From: Octopus sinensis
Lineage: Eukaryota
Length of the DNA: 64,000 nt
Direction: 5' to 3'
Assembly (NCBI RefSeq): GCF_006345805.1
Contig: NC_042998.1
Coordinates: forward strand, 77,376,001 to 77,440,000
Below are positions 39,754-52,732 of this stretch, piece by piece. Both the position numbers and the translations under genes were made by a program. The notes under the pieces are model-generated. The model ran no database searches and was not told the origin of the DNA. It worked only from the letters and a program-made list of their open reading frames with translations. Position 1 is the first letter of the stretch, and each line of letters begins with the position of its first letter.

Positions 39754-39959
39754 CACATATATATATATACATATATATATATGTATGTATATGTATATAT
39801 GTATATGTTTGTATGTATGTGGGTATGTGTGTATTGATGGATGGATGGATGGATGGATGCATGGATGTATAGGTACGTATGTGCAAATATATATCATAGC
39901 TGCACCATCGTTACACGAGAAAAGCCATTGCCAAAAATATTTACTGAAATGATTCATTA

Positions 39960-40430
39960 TTGATGACATGTGATGCCCTTATATGACTTTTAAATCCTGG
40001 CTGGCAGGAGAAACAGGCGCTACTATATTCACTCTCTTAACGTGTCTTTTCAGACGCCGAGCTGAGAGGCACACTCTTCCATATTTTACACATGTTCTGT
40101 TGTGAATTTTAATAGCAACATAACTGTTTATTAGGCCTGCATGACTCAAACACCTCCTCTCACAAACCACACACGCAAAAAGAGACACTCTCTCACTTGC
40201 CACAGGTTCCCTACTAACACTCCACCTAATTCTCTCATAATTCACTCTCTGCCTCTCAAACCTTCAACCGCCATTCATCGTAGTCTTGTGCTTCCCTCTC
40301 CTAATCACCAGCTGCAATTCCTCTCTGTATTAGAGCATTTTTAAAGCAATATTTAAACCTTAGTTTAGGCTTATGCGCTGGTCTCCTACCCCTAGATAGA
40401 TTGACTTCGCCACGATTTGGGTAAACAGAG
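39960..40430 (-). mobile_element. RTE-clade LINE 3' fragment
   Basis: Minus strand LSRGRRPAHKPKLRFKYCFKNAL...I...D*EREAQDYDEWR (RTE C-terminal motif), followed by C2H2-like CVVCERRCLSHAGL and CVKYGRVCLSARRLKRH. Confidence 0.8.
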
Positions 40431-40827
40431 AAGCTCTATTTATTAAAAAACCTAAACTAAGAAAAATAAATATTTGAGAGGAAATTGACTAAAATTAAGA
40501 GTAAAATTGATATACAATACATTCAATACACACACACACATACACACACACACACAAACACTCCACACGCACGTCCACAAACACACATCATTGAATGGCC
40601 GTTGACTACGCTATAGTCCCTCCGCCCATTCACGGGTCATATTTTTTTCTCCAACATGCTATCCAACAAGCATCCACCTCACCAAGCAAGTCTGGTAGGG
40701 TTGCCAGTTTTGTCGCAGACGACCCGACCATGTAACAGGTTGAACTGGACCACATGGTACCCGTAGAACTCCAGAGTGACATGTATATACACACACACAC
40801 ACACAAACACACGCACACACACGCACA

Positions 40828-40894
<67 letters not shown>

Positions 40895-41139
40895 TTTATG
40901 AATTTGTGTTGAAAGTTTCCTGATGTGAAGTCGTGTGTTGAAACAAATATTATTGTATTTCGGGGTGGCTATGTTTTTGCTAAATAAACACACGCACTAT
41001 ATTTTCGTTCTTCACACGTTTATTAATGTTCGTATTCTAACTCAAGTTCATTGTCCAGAAATCTTTCGTCACACTTCTTTAACCTCCCAAGTGACACTTT
41101 CCGTCATCGTGTATTCTCTTGCCCTGCCTATTCCATTCT

Positions 41140-41738
41140 GTACGGTACAAAAAGTCGAGTCAGCAGTTAACATCATGGTTTGGATTGAACACTAGTGATG
41201 GTGACGTTACGCCTACATTCATATTCCCACACGGTCTCAGACTCAACATGAAGACCTACATCAAATGCCTGGTGGTAGTGCTGCTCTGGATCAAAAGGTT
41301 GGCTGCTGGAAGATCTTATGTCTCACTACAGGACTCTGCACCATGCCACACAAGGAGGAAAATCCAGTCATGGCTTTGAAATAATTTCTGAGACCAAATT
41401 ACCACTAACATCTGGTCACCTAACTCGCCAGTCTGCAACCTCCTCGATTATTATGTGTGGAGCGCAGTTGAGCGAGAGGCCAACAAAAAGATGAACTAAA
41501 GGCAAGGATTACGGCAGCATTATCTAACTTAAACAAGGAAATCGTCCAGAAGAGTTGCAAGAGATTCCAAAGTCGTCAGGAGGCCGTCGTAGAAGCCAAT
41601 GAAGATTTTATTGAATAATTTCACTCTTGCGTATTTCGAAATATTTTTATGTAATTTTGGCAAATGTATCTTTTAAAATGAGATATCAGTATTATTTTCA
41701 TTTTTGCCAAATTTAGACAATTTATTCACCGCACCCTG
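41140..41738 (+). mobile_element. maT/DD37D-like transposon 3' half with right TIR
   Basis: SDGDVTPTFIFPHGLRLN..YIKCL, QDSAPCHT, IWSPNSPVCNLLDYYVWSAVE, EAVVEANEDFIE*; TIR gacaatttattcaccgcaccctg. Confidence 0.88.
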
Positions 41739-42809
41739 TGTGTATACATATAGATCTATATATAAACATGCATATACATACCTATGTATGTATGTGTGTA
41801 TGTGTGTGTATGCATGTGTGTGTATGTGCTTGTGTATAAGTTTATGGATATCGTAATATAAACATATTTACTACATAATGAAACAAAATGGTTAAGTGCA
41901 CTTATATTTACTCATTCATACACACATTCATACACACACATACGTGCATACCGGCATACATATACATACATACATAAATACATACATACATACAAACATA
42001 TCCACACATACACGCAAATACACACACACAAACACACAAACTAACACATATATATGTAAAATCTGCATAATCTGTCTTCACTTATCTTTATAAATCTTAA
42101 CCTGTTCCATGGAAAATGAATACACATAAATGCTATTTGTTGTTTCATATTTGCCTAAATAATAACCGTCGGCAGTAATTTTAATTCGTGATTTCCTTCA
42201 AAATTTGCATCGTTGTAAAATCTCACAAATGATTATCCAAATATTATTTTAGGAGATCTCGTATTATTTATCCTTGTAAATTAATACTGCATTCCTGCAA
42301 ACCAGTAATCAAGTGTCAGGTATTAAATATGTAAATATTATATATCTGTGTGATCATTCTAAATATTAACACGAGTGTTAATCGTTGCGCAGTATTAATC
42401 GTATTACTTGCTTAGAGAGAATATATTTATTTGCATATAACTATCATAATTTCAAGTTCTAATAATACCTCTGCGTTTTAATCTCTGGGGGAATTACAGA
42501 AGTAAATATTGCACACATATATTCAGAAGTCCTCATAGACTAATTTACGTGTTGTTTTCCCGGGTTTTTTCGTTGAGGAATCCTCTTTCAGTGACAGCCG
42601 TGGATGCCACAGCGTACAGTATCTAAAAGATATAATACATTCCTTCACATTTATGTGCATTAATACTATTAAAAACAAAACGAATACTCAAAGTATATTT
42701 CAAATGGTCTGTGAAGGTATACTGCATATAGCGTGAATATTTCTATTAAAATGGTCTATAAAAAATATACAATTGGAAGAGTAAGATTTTCATGCGACAT
42801 TAAATATTG

Positions 42810-42982
42810 ATTTCAAATTTTGGCACAAGGCCAGCAATTTCAAGGGAACGAGTAAATCGTTTACATGGAAATCAATACACCCTGAAATGATGAAAGGCAA
42901 AGTAAATCTCGCTTGTATATGAAATTAGGACGAAATCCCGTTAAGCATTTTGACTAACGTACTGACGATTCTGCCAGCTTCT
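42810..42982 (-). mobile_element. SINE (family B), decayed
   Basis: ttttggcacaaggccagcaattt...gatgaaaggcaaagt...gacgaaat..cg.taagcattt...acgattctgccagct. Confidence 0.7.
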
Positions 42983-43379
42983 CGTATTAATGTGATATAG
43001 AATACTGCAAGCAAAGTCTCTTGTCTTTGATTTTTTAATATCGTTGCTGTTAGGTACTTACTTATAGAATAATGTTATCACCAACCATTTAGTTCGTGAT
43101 AAGAAGAAGATGTCAACGTAGATTTCATAATTCGTGTTACTTCTCCCTTACTGCAGTATAACATTACTTTCATTTCTTTATTTAGGATGAGGATCAATCA
43201 TTTTTTTACTATTAGGTGGCAATTGATACCCAGTTTCATTCCCGTTTGGCAGGTCCTGTTATTTATTTTGCAGCGAGAGAAATGTCCATCACCTGCTGGC
43301 TTACTTTATGCAGTTACTAGTGAAATCGAAGACTAACCAAATATGCAACAAAATATGTACGCGGTTACATGTTACCAAT

Positions 43380-45280
43380 AGACCTCACTATATTACCAAT
43401 TTTGAGTCGAAATCCAGCAACTTATCCAAAATATATAAGTCAAAAGAAATATAGAACGCTATAAAGAAACAAGATTGTGAATACATAAAATTGCTACAAC
43501 CAAAAAACCTTAAACTAAGACCCATTATAGCTGGTCCAGCCTGTCCTACACATCATTTGAGCAACCTCCTTGACATTAACCTAAAACCACTATGTAGTCA
43601 CAATTTCATTCGAGGTGACATTGATTTCCTGTTACATCTACCCAAAACTACAGAATCCCATTCACTTTTAGTTAGTATTGACTTAAACTTATATACAAAC
43701 ATTTCACATGACTTGGAACTAACTGCCATAAAATATTCGGTCGAGAAACATAAATCCCCAGTAGATTTACTGTAACCTTCATACTAGGCGCGGTCAGCCT
43801 CATCCTCGGAAACAATACATTTTTTTCAACGTTAAAAAAACACCTCCAAATTCGAGGCACAGCTATGGGGACGCGATTTGCTCCAGTTTTCTTGAACTCA
43901 GTATTGGGATATTTGGAACAAAACCTATATAAAAAAATTGAAGCGAACTACGGCCTGACCTTTAAAAGACATATATATAGGACATGCAGAAAAGGTACCT
44001 CGATGTTGTTTTCCTAATTTGGACCAAATCCCTAGAAAATCTGGAAGATTTCAGCTCCCTCTCCAATAATCTACACCCTAGTCTCAAATTCACAAGAGAA
44101 ATGAGCAACAGACAATTACTATTTCTTGACATAATGGTAGTTAAAAACAACACCACAATCACAACTGATATTTATTACAAAAGCACAGAAACACACCAGT
44201 ACCTAAATTTCAAGTCATGCCACCCAAAACACATAAACTATATTTCATACTGTCTAGCCAGGAAAATTTGTACTATAGTTAATGATCCAATTACCAGAAA
44301 CACGCGACTTATAGAACTAACAGGATTTCTGCTGCAGCAAGATTCCATCAAAATACCACAATACCATTTCAATTAACACAATCCGCATCACCAAAACATT
44401 TTTAACCTCATGAAAACAAATTCGCCAGGGTGAAAAATTTAAAAAGCTGTAATAACTAAACAAACACTTATCTTAAGTAAAAGGAAACCACATAACTTAA
44501 AGAAACTATTAACAAAGGCAAAATTCAACATGCGAAAACATGATAAAACATTCAGTTTTCAAGTGTAATGATAACAGATGTGGAGCGTGTCAATATATAT
44601 ATATATATACGGGTAGATCCATTAGAACAGAAACATGTACAGATTTTCGCAAATGCAGATATGAAATGCAAAAGCAGAAATTTTATCTGCATTAAATGCC
44701 TAAATTGCAAGGAACTATATATTGGAGACACAGAGAATACATTATCGAAACGCTCGTCAGTCCATAGACAACAAATCCGGAACCTCAAGGTTCGCAAAAT
44801 TAAATCGAAGGAGCATATAGAGACATGTAGTCAGAAAGTGTTTCTAATTTTACCTTTCTATAAACTACATGACACAAATGATATTAGAAGAAAGAAAAAC
44901 GATTTATTAAAATGTTCAAACCTGTTCTGAACGGAAATATTAGCAATAATACAAGAACCAGTTTATGATGTGGATTAAAAAAGAAATCTCTAACATATAA
45001 ATATAAACATGTTACAGATTATCGGTACGCCTGGTAAACCGTGATATTTAAGAAGCATGCGGACTGGTCAAAGGATATTCTAAAATTTCACCTTGCTGGG
45101 GCGTTCTAAGAGGTACTAAAGTTGTCAAGAACACAACTGCCAGTCAAACACATTTGAAATTTGATGATTGCTCGATGTATCAAAGCGCTAATTTAACTGT
45201 ATGAGCATTACAAAATAATTTTAATGTTAAAATACTATAATAAAAAACGCTGAAAAGCATACCATGTTTTAACTTTATTC

Positions 45281-45290
<10 letters not shown>
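43380..45290 (+). mobile_element. Decayed, 5'-truncated Neptune-type PLE related to the 13-15 kb element
   Basis: LKLRPIIAGPACPTHHLSN, GTAMGTRFAP, RYLDVVFLIW, FLDIMV, DIYYKST.T.QYL.F.SCHP, CLNCKELYIGDT..TLSKR..VHRQQIR; ends at (TA)n. Confidence 0.9.
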
Positions 45291-45352
<62 letters not shown>

Positions 45353-45811
45353 ATATCCGGTTCCGTTTTCAGCAGAGAAAGACGTGATTGCCTTTGCTCT
45401 GTGAAAAAGTTTGCATAGAACGGCGAAATAACCCACTGTAGTTGCAAAACGTAAAACTCTAAGTCATAGAGATCACTACAACACTTTGGTTTAAAAATAT
45501 TTAAAAAAAATATATATATAAATATATACATATACACAGTAATTTTCATTATCGCCGAAACGCACATGGTGCAAAAATAACTGAATCAAGTTATCTCCTG
45601 CAAGAAAGAAAAAAGAAGCATCTCTCCTGAAAAAAATCCCGTAAACCAAAAAAAAAATAATCCAGACCACATTGTTGGATTAAGTATCAATTTCATCTAT
45701 TTCATATTTTATTTATTATTCTATTTTATCTTTCACTTAGGCCCACATCTTAGTTAAAGTTGCGATCGTCATTTTGTTTGTTTACATTTTCAATAACTGT
45801 TCTCGATATAA

Positions 45812-46908
45812 TAATTTTCCAGATACTCTATCTTCTAATTAGCCTTAAGATTAAATTAAATAACGTTTAATATTGATACCGTCAAATTAGCCTTAGGATT
45901 AAATTAAATAACGTTTAATATTGTTTAATATTGTTAATAATTATTGTTAATTAGCCTTAAGATTAAATTAAATAACGTTTAATATTGATACCGTCAAATT
46001 AGCCTTAGGATTAAATTAAATAACGTTTAATATTGTTTAATATTGTTAATAATTATTGTTAATTAGCCTTAAGATTAAATTAAATAACGTTTAATATTAA
46101 AAACGTCTAATTAGCCTTAGGATTAAATTAAATAACGTTTAATATTGTTAATAATTATTGTTAATTAGCCTTAGGATTAAATTAAATAACGTTTAACATT
46201 GTTTAATATTGTTAATAATTACTGTTAATTAGCCTTAAGATTAAATTAAATAACGTTTAATATTGTTTTAATATTGTTAATAAATCTTCAGATACTCTAT
46301 CTTCTAATTAGCCTTAAGATTAAATTAAATAACGTTTAATATTACCCACACTCTAATATAATATTAACATTGCTAATATATTTTCAGATACTCTATCTCC
46401 TGATTAGCCTTAAGATTAAATAACGTTTTTATCCACACTCTAATATAATATTAATATTGCTAATATATTTTCAGATACTCTATCTTCTAATTAGCCTTAA
46501 GATTAAATTAAATAACGTTTAATATTAATAACGTCTAATTAGCCTTAAGATTAAATTAAATAACGGTTAATATTGCTTAATATTGTATATATAATTTTTC
46601 AGATACTCTGTCTTCTAATTAGCCTTAAGATTAAATTAAATAACGTTTAATATTACCCACACTCTAATATAATATTAATATTGCTAATATATTTTCAGAT
46701 ACTCTATCTCCTAATTAGCCTTAAGATTAAACAACGTTTTTATCCACACTCTAATATAATATTAATATTGCTAATACATTTTCAGATACTCTATCCCCTA
46801 ATTAGCCTTAAGATTAAATAACGATTTTACCCAAATAACGTTTTTACACAAACTTTAATATTGTTAATATTTCTTTTTCAAGTACTCTATCTTCTAATTA
46901 GCCTTAAT
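45812..46908. repeat. AT-rich complex minisatellite (core aattagccttaagattaaattaaataacgtttaatatt) abutting the LINE ORF1
   Basis: Many copies of the core with variable linkers; the last core ends about 60 bp before ATG 46969. Confidence 0.9.
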
Positions 46909-46968
46909 ATCTTCCTGTCTTCTCTCGAACATAATTAGATAGATAAACGGATAGACGGATTATCCAGC

Positions 46969-47875
46969 ATGTCCAGAGCATGGAGACGTGACGAGCTGGA
47001 TTTATTCGTACGAGCATGGGAGTGCGCCGGCGGAGATAGCCCTAGGGAGGTGATTGCGGCTGCGCTGAAGAGCAGAGGCTACAAGAGGACAGCGGCTCAG
47101 ATGGAGCGAAAGAGACAGGAATTCGTGCGCTCATATGCGCTTGTACGGTCGCACATTGGCGCACTTGATGCCATCTTTGAGAACGAGCGGAGCAAAGATG
47201 GCAAGAATGGAGACGATGAAAGAAGTCACCCCCACCTGGTGGACGCCCGGGAGGAGGTTTTGAATGAGAACCTGCCCGGGAAGTGAACCCAGGTGCAAGT
47301 TCTCCAACCGGCAGCAAGGGCCATGGAGACGGAGAACCCGGTGAAGAGGTAGAGGGAGGAAGAAGAACTAAAAGAAGGACTGGAAGAGCTAAAGGAAAAG
47401 AAAAAGCTCAAGCAGGACCAAAGTGTGAAACAACCAGAAATAGAAGTGGAACCGCAAAGGATGGAACCAAACAGCGCACACGGTGTGTATGTTCTACCTG
47501 AGAGGTTCCTGCTGGCATGGAAAGGAAGGTGCAGGCTGCCGCTTTGCACATCGGGGACCCTGCCACAGAGACACGAGGCAGATGGACAAACCATCAACAC
47601 AAAGAAAAGGGATGGACCACGCACCACCTGCCCCAAAACGGAGGTACGCAGATGTTGTGCGCGCCACAAACAGCCAACATGATGTCGAAAGAGCAGCTGC
47701 TGAGCAACAATCTTTTTTGTGCATGGCACAAAAGATTGTACAGCAGCTGACCTGGCTTCATCAAACCCAAGCCCGCAGGTGGGACTACCCACTATATACC
47801 AGACCACCACAGCAAACAGACACAGGATGGACACCGCCGGCAACAACGTACACCTCACCTCGATACTCCTACTGA
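46969..47875 (+). pseudogene. LINE ORF1: Myb/SANT-like (trihelix) domain + CCCH zinc finger; disrupted
   Basis: MSRAWRRDELDLFVRAWE...VIAAALKSRGYKRTAAQMERKRQEFVRSY...LDAIF fits the trihelix Myb/SANT pattern. VCMFYLRGSCWHGKEGAGCRFAH is C-x7-C-x8-C-x3-H. The two lie in different frames, joined by a charged linker with stops. Confidence 0.7.
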
Positions 47876-50818
47876 ACATCAGAGGACTGCAAACACTCAG
47901 TAACAGGACAAAGATCCCGTTCCTGAGAGACTTTGTTGCATGCAATCAAGCCTTATGCATAGCACTTACAGAAACGCACCTGAAACCGGACATAGCAGAT
48001 GCGGAGTTACACATACCACAGTATGCTGTACTACGGACCGACAGGAAAGAAAGGAGTCATGGAGGTGTTGCTATGTACATCCGTGAGGACCTCACACCCC
48101 AGGTCCTCTTGTCATACTCAAACTCGGTGTGTGACACACTAATTGTACATATTAGGCAACTTGATGTAGTTGTGTGTGCTACATATCGCCCTCCAGATGC
48201 CCCAAGCCATGTGGGCAAGTTTGAAGACTGCCTTATAAAAATAGAAGAAATTCTAACCACATTAGAGCAACACATAGGTGTGCTTCTTATGGGAGACTTC
48301 AATCTGCCCAATGTCAGATGGCCCGAGGGCCTTTCTCTCCCAGGAATGACAAGATGTGAACGAGGACAGGCGAGGTCCCTCCTGAACCTCATCAACACAC
48401 CTGTACATGGAGCAGGTAATACTCCAACCAACCAGGGCAGGTAACACACTGGATCTCTGCTTCACAAATGACATGGATCTCATCCATAATGTGAAAGTGA
48501 CACCGACACTACTCTCGGATCACAACATGATAGAGCTGACCATGTACGGGCCAAAAGAGAGCACGGACATGCAGCCTACAAGAAACCCTCAAAATCTTTC
48601 CAGCTTGAACTACCATAAGGCAAACTGGAAACAAATTGAGAAAGAGATCCTCAAACAAAACTGGCCTAAATGTCTCTCCTCGCCAGACATCGACGTGAAA
48701 CTTCAACAATTCATGTCTGTAATGCAAGCCATATGCTACAAATGTGTCCCAGAGAGAAAGGACAATGTACACAAGAACAAAATCCCCAGAGAGAGGAAAA
48801 TTTTAATGAGACGGCGTACGAAATTTTCAAATCGCCTAAACAAACAGATTGAAAGCAGTGAAAAGTTCCGCCTAAAAATAAAACTGTTGGAAATCGAAAA
48901 ATGTCTGCAACTCTCCCATGAAAAAGAAAGAGCAGACAAAGAAGCCTGGGCTATAGAAAACATAAAATCTAACCCCAGAGCTTTCTACAGGTATGCCAAA
49001 GAACAGCTACAGTGCACTGTAGAATAGGGCCACTCCTCGAAAAGGATGGCACACTTACAGGAAAACCAATGAGGGTAAGTGAAATACTGAATGAGCAATT
49101 CAAGAGTGTTTTCACTCCACCCCTTGGGCATCTCCAAATCACCAATCCAACTGACTTTTTTACCACTGCAGATATAAAATCAGAGGCGGCGACGATAGAT
49201 TACATCGATATAAAGGAAGACGATGTAACCAAGGCTATAGATGAAATGAAAACAGACTCAGCTACTGGCCCCGATGGATTCCCGGCAATCCTCCTAAAAG
49301 CATGTAAGAGAGTCCTAGCAAGACCACTGCAGTTCCTCTTTCAGAGCTTCCTTGCAGCTGGCAAACTTCCAGGAAAACTGAAGGAAGGTAAAATATGCCC
49401 CATTCATAAAGGAGGTAGCAGAGCGGAAGCCAAGAACTATAGACCTATCTCTCTGACCTCACACATCAGCAAGGTCATGGAACGAATAGTCAGAAGGAAG
49501 CTGATCACCTTCCTTGAAGAGAATGACTTGCTGCCCGACACCCAACATGGTTTCCGACCAGGGAGAAGCTGTTTAACTCAGCTCCTACAACACTATGACT
49601 GGGTGCTGAAACGGCTGCTCAACCACTCAAATGTGGAAGTGATATATCTCGACTTTGCAAAGGCCTTTGATAAAGTCGATCATGGATGATATGTCACAAA
49701 CTGCGTGATCTCACATAGTTGGAAAACTGGGAGAATGGCTTCATGACTTTCTGAAGGATAGAAGTCAGGTGGTAGTAGCCAATGGGGCCACCCCATTAAC
49801 ACACAAATAGTGAGCGGTGTTCCGCAGGGCACTGTTCTGGGACCACTACTGTTCATAATGGCCCTCTCAGACATGCCCTCAGCCATGCAGAGAGCCACGA
49901 TCACAAGTTATGCAGATGATACAAAAGTTTCACAGGCAATACAGAACCCTGAGGACACTAAACACTTGCAATGTGAGCTGGACGAAATATACAAGTGGGC
50001 TGAAAAGAATAGCATGCAGTTCAATGCTGGAAAGTTTCAAGCTTTATACTATCAGCATGCAAAACTGAATGCAATACCAATGAATACACTGGACCCGGAG
50101 GGATTGCAATCCCAGAGGCACAATCAGTGCGTGACCTGGGTATTCACATGAGTGATGACGCGACCTTTCATGTACATGTTGCTAAACTGACAATGAAATG
50201 TAGACGGCTGGCTGGATGGATTCTTAGAACCTTTAGAACAAGAGAATAAAAAACCATGATGGTCCTCTGGAAGACACTTGTCCTAAGCCACTTTGACTAT
50301 TGCTCTCAGCTATGGTCACCATCCAGTGTCAAGTTGATCACAGAACTTGAGGCGATCCAACGAAGCTACACAAAGAAGATAGCCTCTATGCAGAATGTAA
50401 GCTACTGGGAAAGACTCAAGAGATTAAATTATATTCTCTGGAGCGTAGGCGGGAAAGATATGCCATAATATACATCTGGAAGATCCTGGAGGGAAGTGTC
50501 CTGAACTTTGGCATCGAGAGTTACGCAAATGCCAGAACTGGGCGCCACTGCGTGGTGCCTAGGACTCCAAACCTGCCATCAAGATGTAGGACAAGATTCT
50601 GTGATAGCCTGGGCTTCCGAGGCCCACAGCTCTTCAATATCCTCCCGAAGAACCTGAGAGACCTGCATGGGGTGGATACAGATGTCTTTAAAATGAAGCT
50701 GGATCTCTTCCTGTCAGGTGTCCCAGATGAACCAACTTCACGGCAGGAGGGGCAGATGAGGGCAGCTGCATCGAACTCTCTCATGCACCAAATAGCAGTT
50801 GCTAGAAAGCCTCCATGA
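47713..50818 (+). pseudogene. LINE ORF2: AP endonuclease + reverse transcriptase (CR1/L2 group), several frameshifts and stops
   Basis: EN motifs LLNIRGL, IALTETHL, GGVAMYI, YRPP, MGDFN, PTRAGNTLDL, SDHN; RT motifs GPDG, NYRPISLTS, QHGFRPGRSC, YLDFAKAFDKV, SGVPQGTVLGPLLF, YADD; C-terminal DYCSQLWSP, FNILP, FKMKLD. Confidence 0.95.
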
Positions 50819-50919
50819 AGTGAAACCAAGTAGCAACACCAAATGGCGGTGCCCCAGCATGGCCACAGCTCATAAGCTGAAACTAGAATCAATCAATCAA
50901 TCAATCATATACATATATA

Positions 50920-51252
50920 GGGTAAAGACCCCCTTCGGTCATGAATGACCATGGGATTGCACCTAGAAAGTTACCCTCCTAGACACAAGTCCGGGCAAGG
51001 TTGTTTACGGAAGACCAGCAGTCGCCCATGCAAACCAGCCTCCCCTCTCCACGTCACCGATGTTATCCAAGGGAAAGGCAAAGGGGCCGATACAGCTTGG
51101 CACCAGTGACGTCGCAACTCACTTCTACAGCTGAGTGAACTGGTGCAACGTGAAATAAAGTGCCTTGCTCAAGAACACAACACGCAGCCCGGTCCGGGAT
51201 TCGAGCTCACAACCTCACGATCGTAAGCTCGACGCTCTAACCACTGAACCAA
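50920..51252 (-). mobile_element. tRNA-derived SINE with CORE-like central domain (family D)
   Basis: Minus strand: tggttcagtggttagagcg (A box), agctcgaatccc (B box), gtgttcttgagcaaggcacttt...cactcagctgta; 3' hairpin ggtcattcatgacc. Confidence 0.85.
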
Positions 51253-52076
51253 TATATATATATATATATATATATACATACATATATGTACATATACATA
51301 TATATATATATACGTATATATATATGTATACATACATACATACATACATACATACATACACACACATATATGAATGTATATATATACGCACATATTGAAA
51401 ATGTTACAACATTCATGCAAGCAAATTTATATTAAAAACACAAAGAGGAGAAAATGGCTGAGAAATTTATCAAAAAAGAAACTCTTTACAACTTTTGTCA
51501 AAATGTGCTACGTGTTTCAATCAGTTTTAAGACGTTTCGTCATGCTGTAAGAGAATGGTAAATACGAAGAAATAAATCAATCATTAATGATATCAGTTCT
51601 GAAAGTTCACATATTTTTCTCATGAATTTCAAATGCTGACGGCAGTTTGTTTCTGTTGGCTACTAGTAGTAATAATAGTAGTAGTAGTAGTTGTTGTAGT
51701 AGTGATAGCAGCAGCAGCAGCTGTAGCACCAGCAGTGATGGTAACAGTTTTAGAAGAAGCAGTTCGCTTTTGTTCTTTATTGCGAATGTCGTTGTCAAAG
51801 AGAAGCTAATACTATTAGGAGCAGGAATTTCACTAGCCCCATTTATCACGATCATGTACAGGAATATGATCTAACAAAACCACGTCCTCTATAAAGAGAA
51901 GTAGCACTATCAGAACTTGCAGAGTTAATTTGTCTGAAGGAGATACTAGCAGAGTTCATAATTCAAAGTTTGGGTATGTGAGATGTTTTAGTTTTCTTAT
52001 TGGAACCAGAAGTTTTCAATGGTAAATATTCCATTTCATACATTATTAGATATTTTCAACACCGAAGTTCAATACT

Positions 52077-52732
52077 TGATGAGGAGGGCACGACTTTCTC
52101 TGACATTCAAGTGTACAAGTACTGTTTCAAGTGTACAAGTACTGTTTCTGAAAGTGTACAAGTATTGTTTCTTAATCTAAGTGTACAAGTACTGTTTCTT
52201 AATCTATCAGAGTCATTCGTCCTTTGCATGACTATAGTGAAGTTTCGACATAAATAACGAAATACATTCCAATATATTCCCTCACCAGTGGTGATTTTTC
52301 AGATTATCACAGAATTTCAACCTGCAAAGAGAAGACGAGAGATATTAGAAATATTCAATAGTGCAAGTGTATATGTTAAATGGATGAGTATATCCTCAAA
52401 ACATAAAAATAATAAGTTGACCGCATTGAAAATACCCAATTAACTTTTTAATCAAGACTCGCAACGTAGTCAAAAGCATGTTCAAAACTTACTCAGAAAA
52501 AAAGAAAAAGACGGATAGATGTATGTATGTTGAGGACTCTGCTTCCGTAAACAACAGCCGAGATTTCTACAGAAATCTTGATGAGGAGGGCACGACTTTC
52601 TCTGACATTCAAGTGTAATCTGAAAGTGTACAAGTACTGTTTCTTAATCTATCAGAGTTATTCGTCCCTTGCATGACTATAGTAAAGTTTCGACATAAAT
52701 AGCGAAATACATTCCAATATATTCCCTCACCA
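52077..52732 (+). repeat. Pair of LTR-like direct repeats (52077-52287 and 52579-52732)
   Basis: Both start TGATGAGG and end CCTCACCA; copy 1 has an internal expansion of caagtgtacaagtactgttt. Confidence 0.7.

Larger units (their letters stand above)
45812..50907 (+). mobile_element. Full-length CR1/L2-group non-LTR retrotransposon ending in (AATC)n
   Basis: ORF1 + ORF2 + short 3' UTR with stem-loop and AATC repeats. Including the 5' minisatellite in the element is an inference. Confidence 0.85.

Noticed and set aside
45150-45230. Hammerhead at the 3' end of the decayed PLE
   Set aside because: TTGATGA and a TGCTC/GAGCA stem are present, but the GAAA core is missing.
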